Assembly (NCBI RefSeq): GCF_963921235.1
Contig: NC_086108.1
Location: 60,080,001-60,144,000 of the forward strand
Direction: 5' to 3'
Source: Mobula hypostoma
Taxonomy: Eukaryota
Length of the DNA: 64,000 nucleotides
Part shown: positions 24,615 through 37,260 of the stretch, in pieces
Layout of the letters: each line of letters begins with the position of its first letter
How positions within the stretch are numbered: the first letter of the stretch is position 1
The notes under the pieces: model-generated
The model's input: only the letters and a program-made list of their open reading frames with translations
Told to the model about the DNA's origin: nothing
Database searches by the model: none
Position numbers and translations under genes: made by a program

Positions 24615-24890
24615 AACTTATTTATTTACTGCGACACAGTGTGGAATAGACCCTTCTGGCCCCCTCAAGCTGCACGCCCGGCGATCCCCCTATTTATTCC
24701 TAGCCTAATCACGGGGCAATTTCAAATGACCAATTAACCTACCAACCAGTACGTCTTTGGACTGTGGGAGGGAACTGGAACACCTAGCGGAAACTCACGG
24801 AGAACATACAATCTCCTTACAGCACAGCAGGAATTGAACCCACATTGCTGATACAATAACGCATTGTTTTAACCATTTTGCTACCATACC
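24615..24890 (-). mobile_element. tRNA-derived SINE (V-SINE/HE1-like)
   Basis: Minus-strand tRNA-like head (ggtagcaaaatggtt...gggttcaattcc B box), body with cccacagtccaaagacgtac, AT-rich tail. Confidence 0.7.
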
Positions 24891-24984
24891 ATTAAAGCAA
24901 GAATATACTGTATTCCCTTATTACAGATTTTACAAGCTTTCATCTGTAAAATAAGAATCATAGAAGTGGATAGAGTGATGACAC

Positions 24985-27366
24985 CTATAACTCAGGTCCT
25001 CAACTCCTGGCAACATACTTGTAAATTTTCTCTGCACTCTTTCAATCTTATTTCCTGTAGGAAGGTGACAAGAGTTGCATAAAATACTCCAAATTAGGCC
25101 TTACCAACATCTTAAAAACTTCAACTTAACATCCCAACTCCTGCATTCAATGCTTTAATTTATGAAGTACAATGTGCCAAAAGCTCTCTTTATGACCCTA
25201 TCTACTGGTGAGACCAAATTCATGGAGTTATAGATCTGTATTCCCATACTCCTACACCACTTACCATATACATAAATCCTACCCTGGCTGGTCCTCCCGA
25301 AGTGCAACACCTCACACTTGTCTGCATTAAATTCCATCTGCCATTTTTCATCCTATTTTTTCAGCTGGTCCAAGTCCCGCCGCAGACTTTGATAGTCTTC
25401 TTCGCTGTCCACTATGCCCCCAATCTTGATATTATTTGCAAATTTGCTGATCCAGATTACCACATTATCTTCCAGATCATTGATGTAGATGACAAACAGT
25501 GGACCCGGCACTGATCCTTGTGGCACTCCACAACTCACAGGCCTCCGGTCAGAGAGACAAGCATCTACTACCACTCGCTGGCTTCTCACGCAAAGCTAAT
25601 ATAGAATCCAATTTACTACCTCATCTTGAATGCCAAGTGACTGAGCCATCCTGAGCAACCTCCCATGTGGGACCTTGTCAAAGGCCTTGCTAAAGTCCAT
25701 GAAGATAACATCTACTGCCTTGCCTTCATCAACTTTCCTGGTAATGTTCTTGAATAGGCATGACCTGCCATGCACAAAACCACGTTGGCTATCTCTAATC
25801 AATCCTTATCTATCCAAATACTTATACAGTCACTACATCTGGTTCCTTAAACTATCTTCCAATACCTTACCCAATACTGGTGTTATGCTGACTGCTATAA
25901 TTTCCCATCTTATTCTTAGAGCCTTTCTTAAACAACAGAACAACATTAAATATCCTCCAACCCTCCAGCACCTGACCCATGGCTAAGAACATTTCACAGT
26001 GTACAGTATGCTAGAGCCCCTGCAATATCTGTACTAGCCTTCCACAAGGTCCAAGGCAACACCTTGTCAGGCCCTGGGGATTTATCCACCCTAATTTGCC
26101 TCAAGACAGCAAACAGCCCCTCCTCTGTAATCCGTATATAGTTCATGAACTCACTGCTGTTTTCCTTCCCTTCTATAGACTCTGTACCCATCTCCCAAGT
26201 AAATATAGATACAACAAAAAGATATCACCCACCTCTTTCAGTTCCATGCATTGATGAATACTCTGATCTTCAAGAGGACCAATTTTGTCCTTTGTTATCC
26301 ATTTGCTCTTAATATTTCTGTTAAAGTCCTTGTGATTCTCTTTCACCTTGTCTGCCAGAGCAAACTCATGCTTTTTTTTAACCCTCCTCATTTCCTTCTT
26401 AAGTGTTCTTTCATTTATTATATTCCTCAAGTACCTCATACCTTCCTTCCTGCTGATACCTACGACACATCTTCTCTTCTTAACCAAGACCTCAGTCTCT
26501 CTCAGGGTTTCCTAAACCTTTTATTCTATCAGGAACATACAAACTCTGTATTACTTTTGAAGGCCTCCTACCTACCAAGCACACCTTTGCCAGAAAACAA
26601 CTAGGCCCAATCCACACTTGCCAGATCCTTTCTGGTACCATCAAAATTGGCCTTTCACCAATTTAGAATCTTGCCTGAGATCCAGACCTATCTTTCTCCA
26701 TAATTATCTTGAAACTAATGGCATCATTAAATCGAAATGCAAAGTGTTCCACTGTACAGACTTCTGTCAACTGCCCAGTCTCATTTCCAAATAGCAGACC
26801 CAGAGCTCTATCCCATCCAGCTCTTTTACAGTGTGGGAGTCCCAGTCAATATGTGGAAATTTAAAATCACCTACCACCACAATCTTATGTTTCTTGCAAT
26901 AGTTTCTCCTCTTAATCCCGCTGAGATTGGGTTGTTTATAATATATTAACGTGGTCATTCCTTTTTCATTCCTCAGGTACACTCATAGAGCCTCGGTAAA
27001 CAAGAAATACAGTCTGTCCTGTCTCAGTACTGCTGTGACATTTTCCCTGACTAGAATTGCCGTGTCTAAAACAATAGAACACAAGAACATTAAGCTGCTG
27101 GTCCTATCCCTCCTGCAGCCAAGTCTCACTAGTAACTACAATGACATATTTCCACGTGCTGATCCATACTCTAAGCTCATCTGCCTTTCCTACAATGCTC
27201 CTTGCATTGAAATAAACGCAACTCAGAACATTAGTCGCACCATGCTCAACCTTACGATTCTTGACTTTGTACGTAGGTTTAACAGCATCTTTCTACACAA
27301 CCTCTCCACTGTCCGCTCCGACACTCTGGTTCTCATCCCCCTGCAAATCTGGTTTAAACCACCTCC
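24985..27366 (-). mobile_element. CR1 LINE (decayed endonuclease and RT); ORF1 continues 29694-30085 beyond the solo LTR
   Basis: DFSKAFDKVPHGRL, GVPQGSV, LFVIYINDL, KSPGPD and VVVGDF motifs. Confidence 0.9.
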
Positions 27367-29693
27367 TGTTACATGGGGCGCTGGGAGCAGACCCAAATGC
27401 AAGACACAAACACTGTTTGTGAGGTTAATTAAACTGAGTTTATTGCTCGTTACAAGGAGAGCAAAGCAGAAGCGGGAATAGCGTAATGGACAAGGACTGA
27501 GGCCCTGGACTAGGCCGGGACTAAGGGTCTGGGCTAGGACTCGGAGCTCGGACTTGATACTTGAAACCCCCTGAGCCAGGACTTGATACTTGAAACCCCC
27601 TGAGCCAGGACCCAATACTTGAAACCCCCTGAGCCAGGACTTGACACTTGAAACCCCCTGAGCCAGGACTTGATACTTGAAACCCCCAGAGCCAGGACTT
27701 GATACTTGAAACCCCCTGAGCCAGGACATGTTACTTGAAACCTCTAGAACCAGGACTTTATTCTTGAAACCCCCTGAGCCAGGACCGGATACTTGAAACC
27801 CCCTGAGCCAGGACTTGACACTTGAAACCCCCTGAGCCAGGACTTGATACTTGAAACCCCCTGAGCCAGGACTCGATACTTGAAACCCCCTGAGCCAGGA
27901 CCTGATACTTGAAACCCCCTGAGCCAGGACCTGATACTTGAAACCACCTGAGCCAGGACCCGATACTTCAAACCCCCTGAGCCAGGACTTGATACTTGAA
28001 ACCCCCTGAGCCAGGACATGTTACTTGAAACCTCTAGAACCAGGACTTTATACTTGAAACCCCCTGAGCCAGGACTCGATACTTGAAACCCCCTGAGCCA
28101 GGACCGGATACTTGAAACCCCCTGAGCCAGGACTTGATACTTGAAACCCCCTGAGCCAGGACATGTTACTTGAAACCTCTAGAACCAGGACTTTATACTT
28201 GAAACCCCCTGAGCCAGGACTCGATACTTGAAACCCCCTGAGCCAGGACCGGATACTTGAAACCCCCTGAGCCAGGACTTGACACTTGAAACCCCCTGAG
28301 CCAGGACTTGATACTTGAAACCCCCAGAGCCAGGACTTGATACTTGAAACCCCCTGAGCCAGGACATGTTACTTGAAACCTCTAGAACCAGGACTTTATT
28401 CTTGAAACCCCCTGAGCCAGGACCGGATACTTGAAACCCCCTGAGCCAGGACTTGACACTTGAAACCCCCTGAGCCAGGACTTGATACTTGAAACCCCCT
28501 GAGCCAGGACTCGATACTTGAAACCCCCTGAGCCAGGACCTGATACTTGAAACCCCCTGAGCCAGGACCCGATACTTGAAACCCCCAGAGCCAGGACTTG
28601 ATACTTGAAACCCCCTGAGCCAGGACATGTTACTTGAAAACTCTAGAACCAGGACTTTATTCTTGAAACCCCCTGAGCCAGGACCGGATACTTGAAACCC
28701 CCAGAGCCAGGACTTGACACTTGAAACCCCCTGAGCCAGGACTTGATACTTGAAACCCCCTGAGCCAGGACTCGATACTTGAAACCCCCTGAGCCAGGAC
28801 CTGATACTTGAAACCCCCTGAGCCAGGCCCTGATACTTGAAACCACCTGAGCCAGGACCCGATACTTCAAACCCCCTGAGCCAGGACTTGATACTTGAAA
28901 CCCCCTGAGCCAGGACTCGATACTTGAAACCCCCTGAGCCAGGACCGGATACTTGAAACCCCCTGAGCCAGGACTTGATACTTGAAACCCCCTGAGCCAG
29001 GACATGTTACTTGAAACCTCTAGAACCAGGACTTTATACTTGAAACCCCCTGAGCCAGGACTCGATACTTGAAACCCCCTGAGCCAGGACCGGATACTTG
29101 AAACCTCGGAACCAGGGTCTCTTCTTATTCACGGGACAGACTCAGACACAGGACATAAAACATAGAGCCGGGAATCCTCCTTAGACACAGGACGGAGTCG
29201 GGACTCTTCTTGACACAGGGTCAGGACCCTTCCAGGGTACAGGGCCGGGACCCCTTTTAGACACAGGACATGGATATGGAGACCACACAACGATGGACAG
29301 TACTATAATTGGGCACAAGTACGCTCCAAGCCGTGGCGAGCTCTTGACTCACCCTGGCGGGTTAACTTTGACCGACCCCCTCTGGCAAGGGAAGGCGGCT
29401 TGCTGGCACTTGCTTTGGGAGGAGACTAGGTTTGCTCCGGCAAGAAACTTAGTTGGCTCCGGCCAGATGACACAGGCTCGCACTACCTTCGGTGACTTCA
29501 TTAACACTCTCGCGCCGAACAGCTGAAAGCCGGAGACTTATAAACTGCCTGTCCAGCCAAGAGTAAATTGCCTCTAAGCACCAAGCCCAAAGGACACGGG
29601 AAAACCGGGAACCAAAGGGAAACAGGGAGTCAACGGTCCAGATCATAACACAAACAAAGTAAGCTTAAAGGGAATCTGATCCGGACCATGACA
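27367..29693 (-). mobile_element. Gypsy solo LTR enlarged by an internal minisatellite
   Basis: TGTTAC...ATGACA termini; 5-bp TSD CCTCC (27362-27366, 29694-29698); acccaaatgca motif shared with the Sushi-like LTR at ~13024; minus-strand AATAAA near 27440. Confidence 0.88.
27545..29115. repeat. 29-bp tandem repeat (gagccaggacttgatacttgaaaccccct), about 54 copies
   Basis: Period 29; the variant unit catgttacttgaaa recurs at 27727, 28017, 28162, 28365, 28626 and 29003, all multiples of 29 apart. Confidence 0.95.
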
Positions 29694-30085
29694 CCTCCCC
29701 TCCCCTATGCAGCACTAGCAAATTTTCCCAGAAGGACCTTAGCCCCCACCATCGTGCCCTGACCCCACTCCAGCTCAGGTGCAAACCTTCCTGTCCTTAC
29801 GGGCCCCACCTTATCTGGAAGAGAGCTTAATGATCCAAAAATCTGAAGTCCTGCCTCCTGTATCATCTTCTTAGCCACACGTTAAGCTGTATGATCTTCC
29901 TGTTTCTGGCCTCACTAGCATGTGACACAGATAGCAATCCTGAAATCACAACCCTGGAGGTCCTGCCCTTTAACTCAGCACCTAACTCTCTGAGCACTTT
30001 CCAGGACCTCGACACCCTTCCGATTCATGTCATTGGTGCTAAAATGGGCCATGAACTCTAGCTACTTACCCTCACACTTAAGAAT
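29694..30085 (-). mobile_element. CR1 ORF1 (SGNH esterase-like) remnant
   Basis: Similar to the ORF1 regions at 54780-55185 and 62560-62990. Confidence 0.75.
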
Positions 30086-30094
30086 ACAAGTAAG

Positions 30095-30925
30095 AGTTGA
30101 TGACTATTATGAGGTTAGTGACATTTTGTCATGATTACAACCTTCCTTTAATGTCAGCAAAACAAAAAGTGCTGGTCACCGACTTCAGGAAGGGGTTCAA
30201 TGTACAATCCCCTGTTTACATCAGTGAGATCACAAAGGTTGAGAGCTTCAAATTACTAGGTGTGAACATCACCAGTAGTCTATCCTGGTTTAAACTACAG
30301 TTAAAGATGCTCCCTAGTGCCTCAACATTCCTAAGGTATGTCTCCTTTAACCCTTCACAATTTTTATCGACGCACCATAGAAAGCATCCTATCTGGGTGC
30401 TTAATGGCTTGATATGGCAACTGCTCTGCCCGTGGTCACAAGCAACCTCTGACTAGTGGACACAGCTCAGGACATCACAGAAACCAGCCTCCCCTTTGTA
30501 GACTCTTTGCGCACTTCTCACTGTCTCATTAGTAAAGCAGCCTACATAATCAAAGACCCCACCACCCCGGATATTCCTCCTTCTCGCCTCTCCCATCGGG
30601 TAGAAGATACAAAAGCCTGAAGGCATGTATAATTAAGCTTAAGGGCAGCTTCTATGCTACTATTATAAGACTAATGAATCATTCCCTTGAACAATAAGAT
30701 GGACTCTGGATCTCACAATCTACCTCATTATGGCTTTGCAACTTCTTGTCCGCCTGCTCTGCATTTTCCCTGTAACTGTAACACTCTTTTCTGTGCCTTT
30801 TTATTGTTTCCCCTTATGCCACCTCAAAGAACTGCTATAATGAATTGTCTGTATGAATGGTGTGCACGACAAGTTTTTCACTCTACCTCAGTACATGTGA
30901 CAATAATAAACCAACTTACCATCAG
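30095..30925 (+). mobile_element. Rex1/Babar-type LINE 3' fragment
   Basis: LVTDFRKG, KVESFKLLGVNITSSLSW and LPSGRRYKSL-like motifs; 3' tail. Confidence 0.75.
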
Positions 30926-33229
30926 AAATGAAGGCCTACGCTCAACAATTCGGAAGCAGCTTCTTCTCCTCCACGTCAGATTCCTGAGCAATCCACAACC
31001 CATAAAGACTAACTAGTTATTCCTTTGTTCACTATTTATTTATTTTTGTAATTCATAATAATTTTACGTCTTGGCACTGTAGTATTGTTGCAGAGTAACA
31101 AATTCCACAGCGATAATAAATCTGATTCTAATATTTTAGCAACAATGAAACCCAAATACACTTTCCCATTTCACATTCCCGTCTTGTGTCTTTTAGCCAA
31201 CATATCACTTTTCTAATTCACTTTTGCCTCTGTGGCTGTCGGGAAATGCACTACATACTCAAGGCCTGGCCACTCCACCATCATCTATCCCTTCCAGCAG
31301 CAACTCATTTATTTTGGTCCTTCCTTTTTGCAAATAAAATCTCTTCCTGATGACGTGATAAGAGGAGATTTTGGAAGACAGCTTTGAATACAAAGGTAAA
31401 ACATGAGTATTTTGGCTCTAGCAGGGTTGCGAGCAAGAGGGTAGTGAAACAGCTGTCCTATTTATATAGTTTGCCTGCACTAACCTCAGGAATTACTTTG
31501 CCAGCTCCACAACTTCCAGTTTTATTCTGAAAACTCTCTCTCCAATATCCAGCCTTTTATTTTTTTAATGTATTCACTCACACGATGTACATGAGGAGAC
31601 AATTAAGAGTCAATCATATTGATGTATCTGGAATCACATATAGGTCAGACTAAGCAAGCTGTGATTAGTAAGCGACATGGGTTATAAAACGATGCACTTG
31701 TTTCATGTTTATCATTATTGAAACTAGCCTTCTGCTTAAAGTCCCGATTTATTTAACTATTTGAATTTAAGTTCATCAGCTGACTAAGTCCAGAACTTAG
31801 GTTCAACAATTTAACCTCTATGCTTAAAACCTACCCATTTTTAACACACTCGGGAGACCTTGTACCCTCAAAAATGTAGGCTATTTTACTTAATTAAGTA
31901 GGTATCTGTTAAAACTAGTTTTGCATTTTGTAGTAATCACCACCATCTGTCATACCACTGATTCTTTTTTATTTGGTCATATCATGCAGAAATTTTTATT
32001 AACTAAAGAAAATGTCCATATACAAATATATACAGCTAAATAACTTCCCTAAAATCTTGAGCAATCCAGTACTTCCCATTAATTTTGAAAACATTCTGTT
32101 GATTTGTAAATAAACTACTTCAAAACTTAATATAATGCATTTTATTAATGGGAAAATTGTATTTATAATATTATATACAAGTGTCTGGTTTAGTATTCAT
32201 CAGAAATTCTGGAATCTTAATTTGAATGCAGGCACTGCATGAGGGGTGAAAGATTATTTTCTCAATTTTGACTGTAAGAGACCTGGGTCAAATTATGCAG
32301 AATTACTGGATCGTAAATACAAATAAGTTTTTATATAATTGAACAAAGTTCAATTTTCTTTTCACCAGATTTTCTTTTCACCAGCAGTCCTTGGCATTTG
32401 GAAGATCCTGTATTTCTTAATCACTCTCTACACAGAATATCACGGAGAGAAAAAAGAGCCGGTCTTAAATTTCTTTTTCACTTAATTTGATCATTAACAA
32501 CACTAGTGTTATATGTAAGAACTATCTATTTCGTAGTTTGAATTGGGCAGCGTCTGAAGAACAAAATATGTATGAACTTTTATTTTCATCAATTGGGATC
32601 CTCCACAAGGTTCTACTATTGAAAATGTCTTCACACACATTTATTTCAGTATTTGCCAATTGAAATCCCTCATTTAATTACTTATTGTGAAGCAATTAGA
32701 TGCTTTGTTCAATAAACCTGTGATTAATCTGGTAATGTTGATTATTTCATTGAAAAATGAAGCTCCTTTCCATCCTCTTCCCTACCTACAGCCCTACTCA
32801 ACTTTGTATCACCACTACTGAGCAGCATAGTGCCAAAACAAGGAAGTGAGAACAGTGAATTCAAAATCAAATTTCATGGAGAATGAAAAATAAAGAACAA
32901 ATTAAAGGTAGATTTGGAAGAGATAGAAAAAAAAAGATAAAGGAATTACTTTTAAAAGCTCAACTTATTTTTTAAACAACAAAAATGTCTAATCTGATCT
33001 AATGAGCCTTCCCATTTATAAAAAGTAATCCATACCAGAGAGGTCACATGGCAGGGGTTATGTCTTATTATTTCAGTAATGGGATACTTGCATTCGAATA
33101 ATCAAAGAGTAAGTGCTTCCCTCAGGTTTAGTTCATATTTTAAAGGGTACTTAATCTTGTTCACTGCTTGAATAGGAAGTCAAAGAATGAGATTTTGATT
33201 CTGGGGAGCAGTTGGAGGAATGTCATATT

Positions 33230-33850
33230 TTCAAAGCTTCAAAGTACAGTATGTATGCAGTATACAACTCTGAGATTCATCTTCCCACAGACAACCATGA
33301 AACAAAGAAAACCATGGAACGCATTCGAAGAAAATTATCAAAACCCACTTTGCAAAAAAAACATATCATGCAAATGGGAAAAAAATGAGTGAAAAACACA
33401 GAATGGAAACCATCAAACTACAAAGTCATTGAAACAGACCAGGCACATTCAGTTCAATCCAGCAATGTGGCGTTCATTAACTGCAGACCACAGAGCCAAT
33501 TCACCCCTTTCCATCTACACCTTCCGCTCTTGTAATCATTGATTCAATCTTCCTTGACACTTTAATTGGCAAGATCAGCGAGAAATGAAGTCAATCATGG
33601 CTCACTCCCTGTCTCCAGGTTGCACACTTTGCTCGAAACCTCTCCTAACTCTCTCAGAGACGGCAAAGTGCCAGATTGCTCCATCGGCCCAAAAAGCACA
33701 CCATCAACATGTAGATCACAGGCTCCACAGTAGGAGAAAAAGAAAATAGTTTGAAGGAAAAAGAAAAAGTAAAAGAAGTGAAAGAAGTAGTTTTGTGAAC
33801 TGTCGGAAGGATATCGCCTTGTGCTGCACTGTTTGCTGGCGCCATCTCTT
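33230..33850 (-). mobile_element. Non-autonomous LINE-derived repeat
   Basis: Minus-strand 5' GAGATGGCGCC; repeated ctttgaa tail at ~33230-33245. Confidence 0.55.
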
Positions 33851-34482
33851 GGGCACTGCCTTCGGGGGTTTTCTGCAAAGATACAGCCAAGATAATTTGA
33901 TGGCTAGATAATGCATTATTTCTGATAAGCACCATTTGTTTTCCCATTACTCATATAATAAACTTAGGTCCATTATATCTGGTGGTAGATTAGTTATTTT
34001 TCACACATTTGTTAAGGGACAAGAAAAAGACCATGCTTCCAGGCATCTGGGATGGAATCCACTTACCCAATTTTTTCTTTGTAAATTGCAAATTGAGATA
34101 GCTCCAGAAAAATGCAAATCTGAAGCAGCTTCTAATTATGCAAAGACACAAAACAATATTCTTCCCTGTAATTTTTCTAATTCCTCTTGGGGGGCAACTT
34201 AGCTATTACATCTGTTATAAAACTGCAGATATTACACCTGTAAAGTCACTAATTAGTTGTGAATCACTTTGGGACATTCTATGGACATAAAATATGCTTA
34301 ATATCTGCAATTGCTTTCAAACTTGCATCAGAGGATTTCAGAAAAAGCTTTTCAAAGATTCTATAGCACATATTAATTACTCCATTAGGCAACTAGGTTG
34401 AAAATGGAGACCTTTCTGATGAGTCACAAAGGTTTCAATAGATCTGCTTCTATCATTTACTTATTTGCAAAAAAAAACATAT

Positions 34483-34506
34483 GTGTATATATATATATAT
34501 ATATAT
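34483..34506. repeat. (TA)n microsatellite
   Basis: Direct inspection. Confidence 0.8.
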
Positions 34507-35959
34507 GAAATTATTTGGGAATCATTAGCACCTGCCATTTGTCCAGCTGGAAGGGAGAAGCTAGATGTAGGAGCTGGGGACACCGAACCCGATTAGACAA
34601 GTGAACAGAAAGGCACACCTAAGTGGGAGTTAATGACCGCAAAGGCAGATTCTTTTTCTCTCACCTCCTCCAATTTGGGAGTAGATTGAAATCCAAGTAT
34701 ACATCAAGATGTTGAAAAATGGAATACTTCCATATCAGGTGGAATGGACATATGACAATCAGTTACAATTAGAGGAAGTTCCTTAATGCAAGGCTTACTC
34801 AGTAACAATCTATTATAGATCTGACATGGGAACGTTTATTACCTTGACTGTACTCAAAGAAGTTTGACTCCAGACTGGCACTTCTTTCCTCATGATTGTA
34901 AACAGTTTAAAAATACCTTTGATAAGAAGGATATTGAGACTTCAGTGAGACTCAGGAAAAAGGATAATCTGGATCAGAAAATATTATAATGAAACAGAAA
35001 TGAAAGGAATCACAATAGCCTGACTGGAGAAAAGCAGTTTGGTTTAAATCTTGCCGAAAAGCATGGGCTCTGGCCATGGATATGAATAAAATATTAGCAT
35101 ACTTCACATGAGAGTAGATAAAAAAACAAATCCACAGGTCAACAGATAAATGGAATATATTCACTCAGTAATTAATAATATGCTTTTATCTCCTCCATTA
35201 AGGGGATTGACTGTTTGCAGTGGAATCTGAAGGTTAAGGGGATAAGTGTTGTTTAACAAATATGGTATTAAGCACTTCAACTGAAGTTCTGTTGAGACCA
35301 TTGAAATCTCAGTCATGGAATATCAGTGTTCAGTAAATAAAGTAAGATTACCTAGCTTTAGCATAATCTCTTATTCTTTGAATATTTTAGCTACATCAAG
35401 GATAAATCCACTTTCCCCTCGGTGATGATAATTTCTTTGGAGTAAGCTGTCTGTAGTAATGCAAGAGGAAAGAGAATTCCTTACTGATGTTAAACAGTGT
35501 TTAAATGAGAGTTTTCTGGATAAACACTTATGTACCCTGTGGAAATAGTATAAAGAGCTGGAATGTAAGGAAACTGGTACAGTTTAAAGAAAAAAATAAA
35601 CAGTTCAGTATAAAGCTAAGGAACAAAGAGATAGTCACTTAATTGACTGCTAGCTAATTTCAGCGCCTCTCTCATCAATTATTTCTATTGATTTTTCTAG
35701 AATTATATCCATAGCAAGAACACTCACACCAAGTATTAAGCAATGCAGTAAATGCAGCATCAAGCAGGAGAAGAGTTTCTTTATATTAGCTTCGATATCA
35801 AAGCACTTCTGAAACAACATGGAGTAATCAACCCAAGGGAGAGATAGCACTGCCAGGTATACCAACTCCTTCACTCCCAGGATTACAGACCAATACAAAA
35901 AGAAGTCCAATACTATCACTATGCGAAGTAAAGCAATTCTTCTTTACTCAATCTTAATA

Positions 35960-36215
35960 CTCAATTCTTGCACAAAGCTAGCATTTAGCCTTTATTGCAA
36001 GAAGGATAGAGTACAAAGCTAGGAAAACAATTCTGTGCAGAGGCTTGGTAACACCACAACTGGAGTGCTGCGTGTCATCACTTCAGGATAAATATATTAA
36101 CCCTCGAGGCAGTCCAAGGAAGGTTCATGATTGCTGCGATAAAAGAATTGCCCTGTTAGGTAAGATGGAAAAGAATGAGCCCTGAAGAATGAAAGGTACT
36201 CGACCTGAAACATAA
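35960..36215 (+). mobile_element. Old CR1 fragment
   Basis: Decayed equivalent of the ML.FIARG.EY...LV.PQLE.C and LEAVQRRF region. Confidence 0.55.
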
Positions 36216-36329
36216 AAATTCTGAATTGAAGCAGAAAATGCTGGGAAAATTTAAAAGGTCAGGCAGCATCTGTTGAAAGAGAAACATTAGTATCTCAGGT
36301 CAAAGATGGTGTTTCTTTTTCCATAAATT

Positions 36330-37137
36330 CTCAATAGGTTTCAATAGGTACATTTAATGTCAGAAAAATGTATACAATATACATCCTGAGATTCTTTTTC
36401 TTCACAAAACTCCACAAAAATAGAGGAGTGCCCCCAAAGAATGAATGACAGTTAAATGTTAGAACCCCAAAGACCCCCAGCTCCTCCCTCCCACACTTAA
36501 GCAGCAGCAAAGCAACGATTCCCCCCCCCCCACCAGCAGAAAAGCATTGGAACCCCACCCCCCATCGAGCACTCAAGAAAAGCATCAATAAAGACACAGA
36601 CTTGCAGTACCCCAAGGACTACGAGTTCACCCGGTAATTCAACATACCACAGGCTCTCTCTCTCCCTAATAAGGGAAAAAGAGATGTTCCCATTTCACAG
36701 CAAGAGGGGGGACATAACAAAACAACTTGTTGGTTTATGGTGTTAAAAGTCTGTTACGTCACTTTTTCCGAGCTCTGTGTCCAAAGAACTCAGGTCTGTG
36801 GGCACACAGCCAGCAGCCAGCTTGCTGCGTTCGATCTTCCGTCTCCCATGACACAACACACGGTGGCACCGACCTTGAGTCCTCCCACTTCCAGAGCCAT
36901 GAAAGTCCAGGACCCTGAAGGAGTGCTAGTTTTTTAGGCCACATCCTTGGCATAACAAAAAGCGACCAGTCGTGAGACCTGACAGCGGGTCCCATTTCCG
37001 CAAATGACCGAAGTCAGCTTGTAACTCCAGGTCAGGGTCTTCAAAAGAACCCTGAAAAGGTGAGAAAGAGATATTAAAGTTAGAAATAGAGCTGCTTCTG
37101 AAGATGTAAGCAAAGAGTCGCCATTAGGCGCCATCTG
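36330..37137 (-). mobile_element. Non-autonomous LINE-derived repeat
   Basis: Minus-strand 5' CAGATGGCGCCTAATGGCG; duplicated cctattga tail at 36331-36350. Confidence 0.65.
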
Positions 37138-37260
37138 TCCAAAATTTCTACCATTTTCTGATTTCTTTTTCAAAATTCTAGAAGTGTTTGAAGGTGTATA
37201 AGTTAGAACTAGATGATGAAGTCTATAAATAAATGCTAATATGTTTACAGCTGAAATAAG

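Noticed and set aside
27545..29115. CRISPR-like array, or a repetitive protein (SWLRGFQVSSPGSGGFKY ORFs)
   Set aside because: Units are head-to-tail 29-mers with no unique spacers and no cas genes, in eukaryotic DNA; the ORFs arise because the unit lacks stops on the minus strand.
31130..35950. Short ORFs in AT-rich unique sequence
   Set aside because: No recognisable domains or convincing paired splice signals; conserved non-coding elements cannot be judged without alignments.
37240..37260. Missing TSD at the + strand Gypsy, with faint similarity of the upstream flank to the pre-3'-LTR sequence (possible tandem or recombinant element)
   Set aside because: The similarity is only about 10 bp in AT-rich DNA, and TSD loss is explainable by age or a small deletion.
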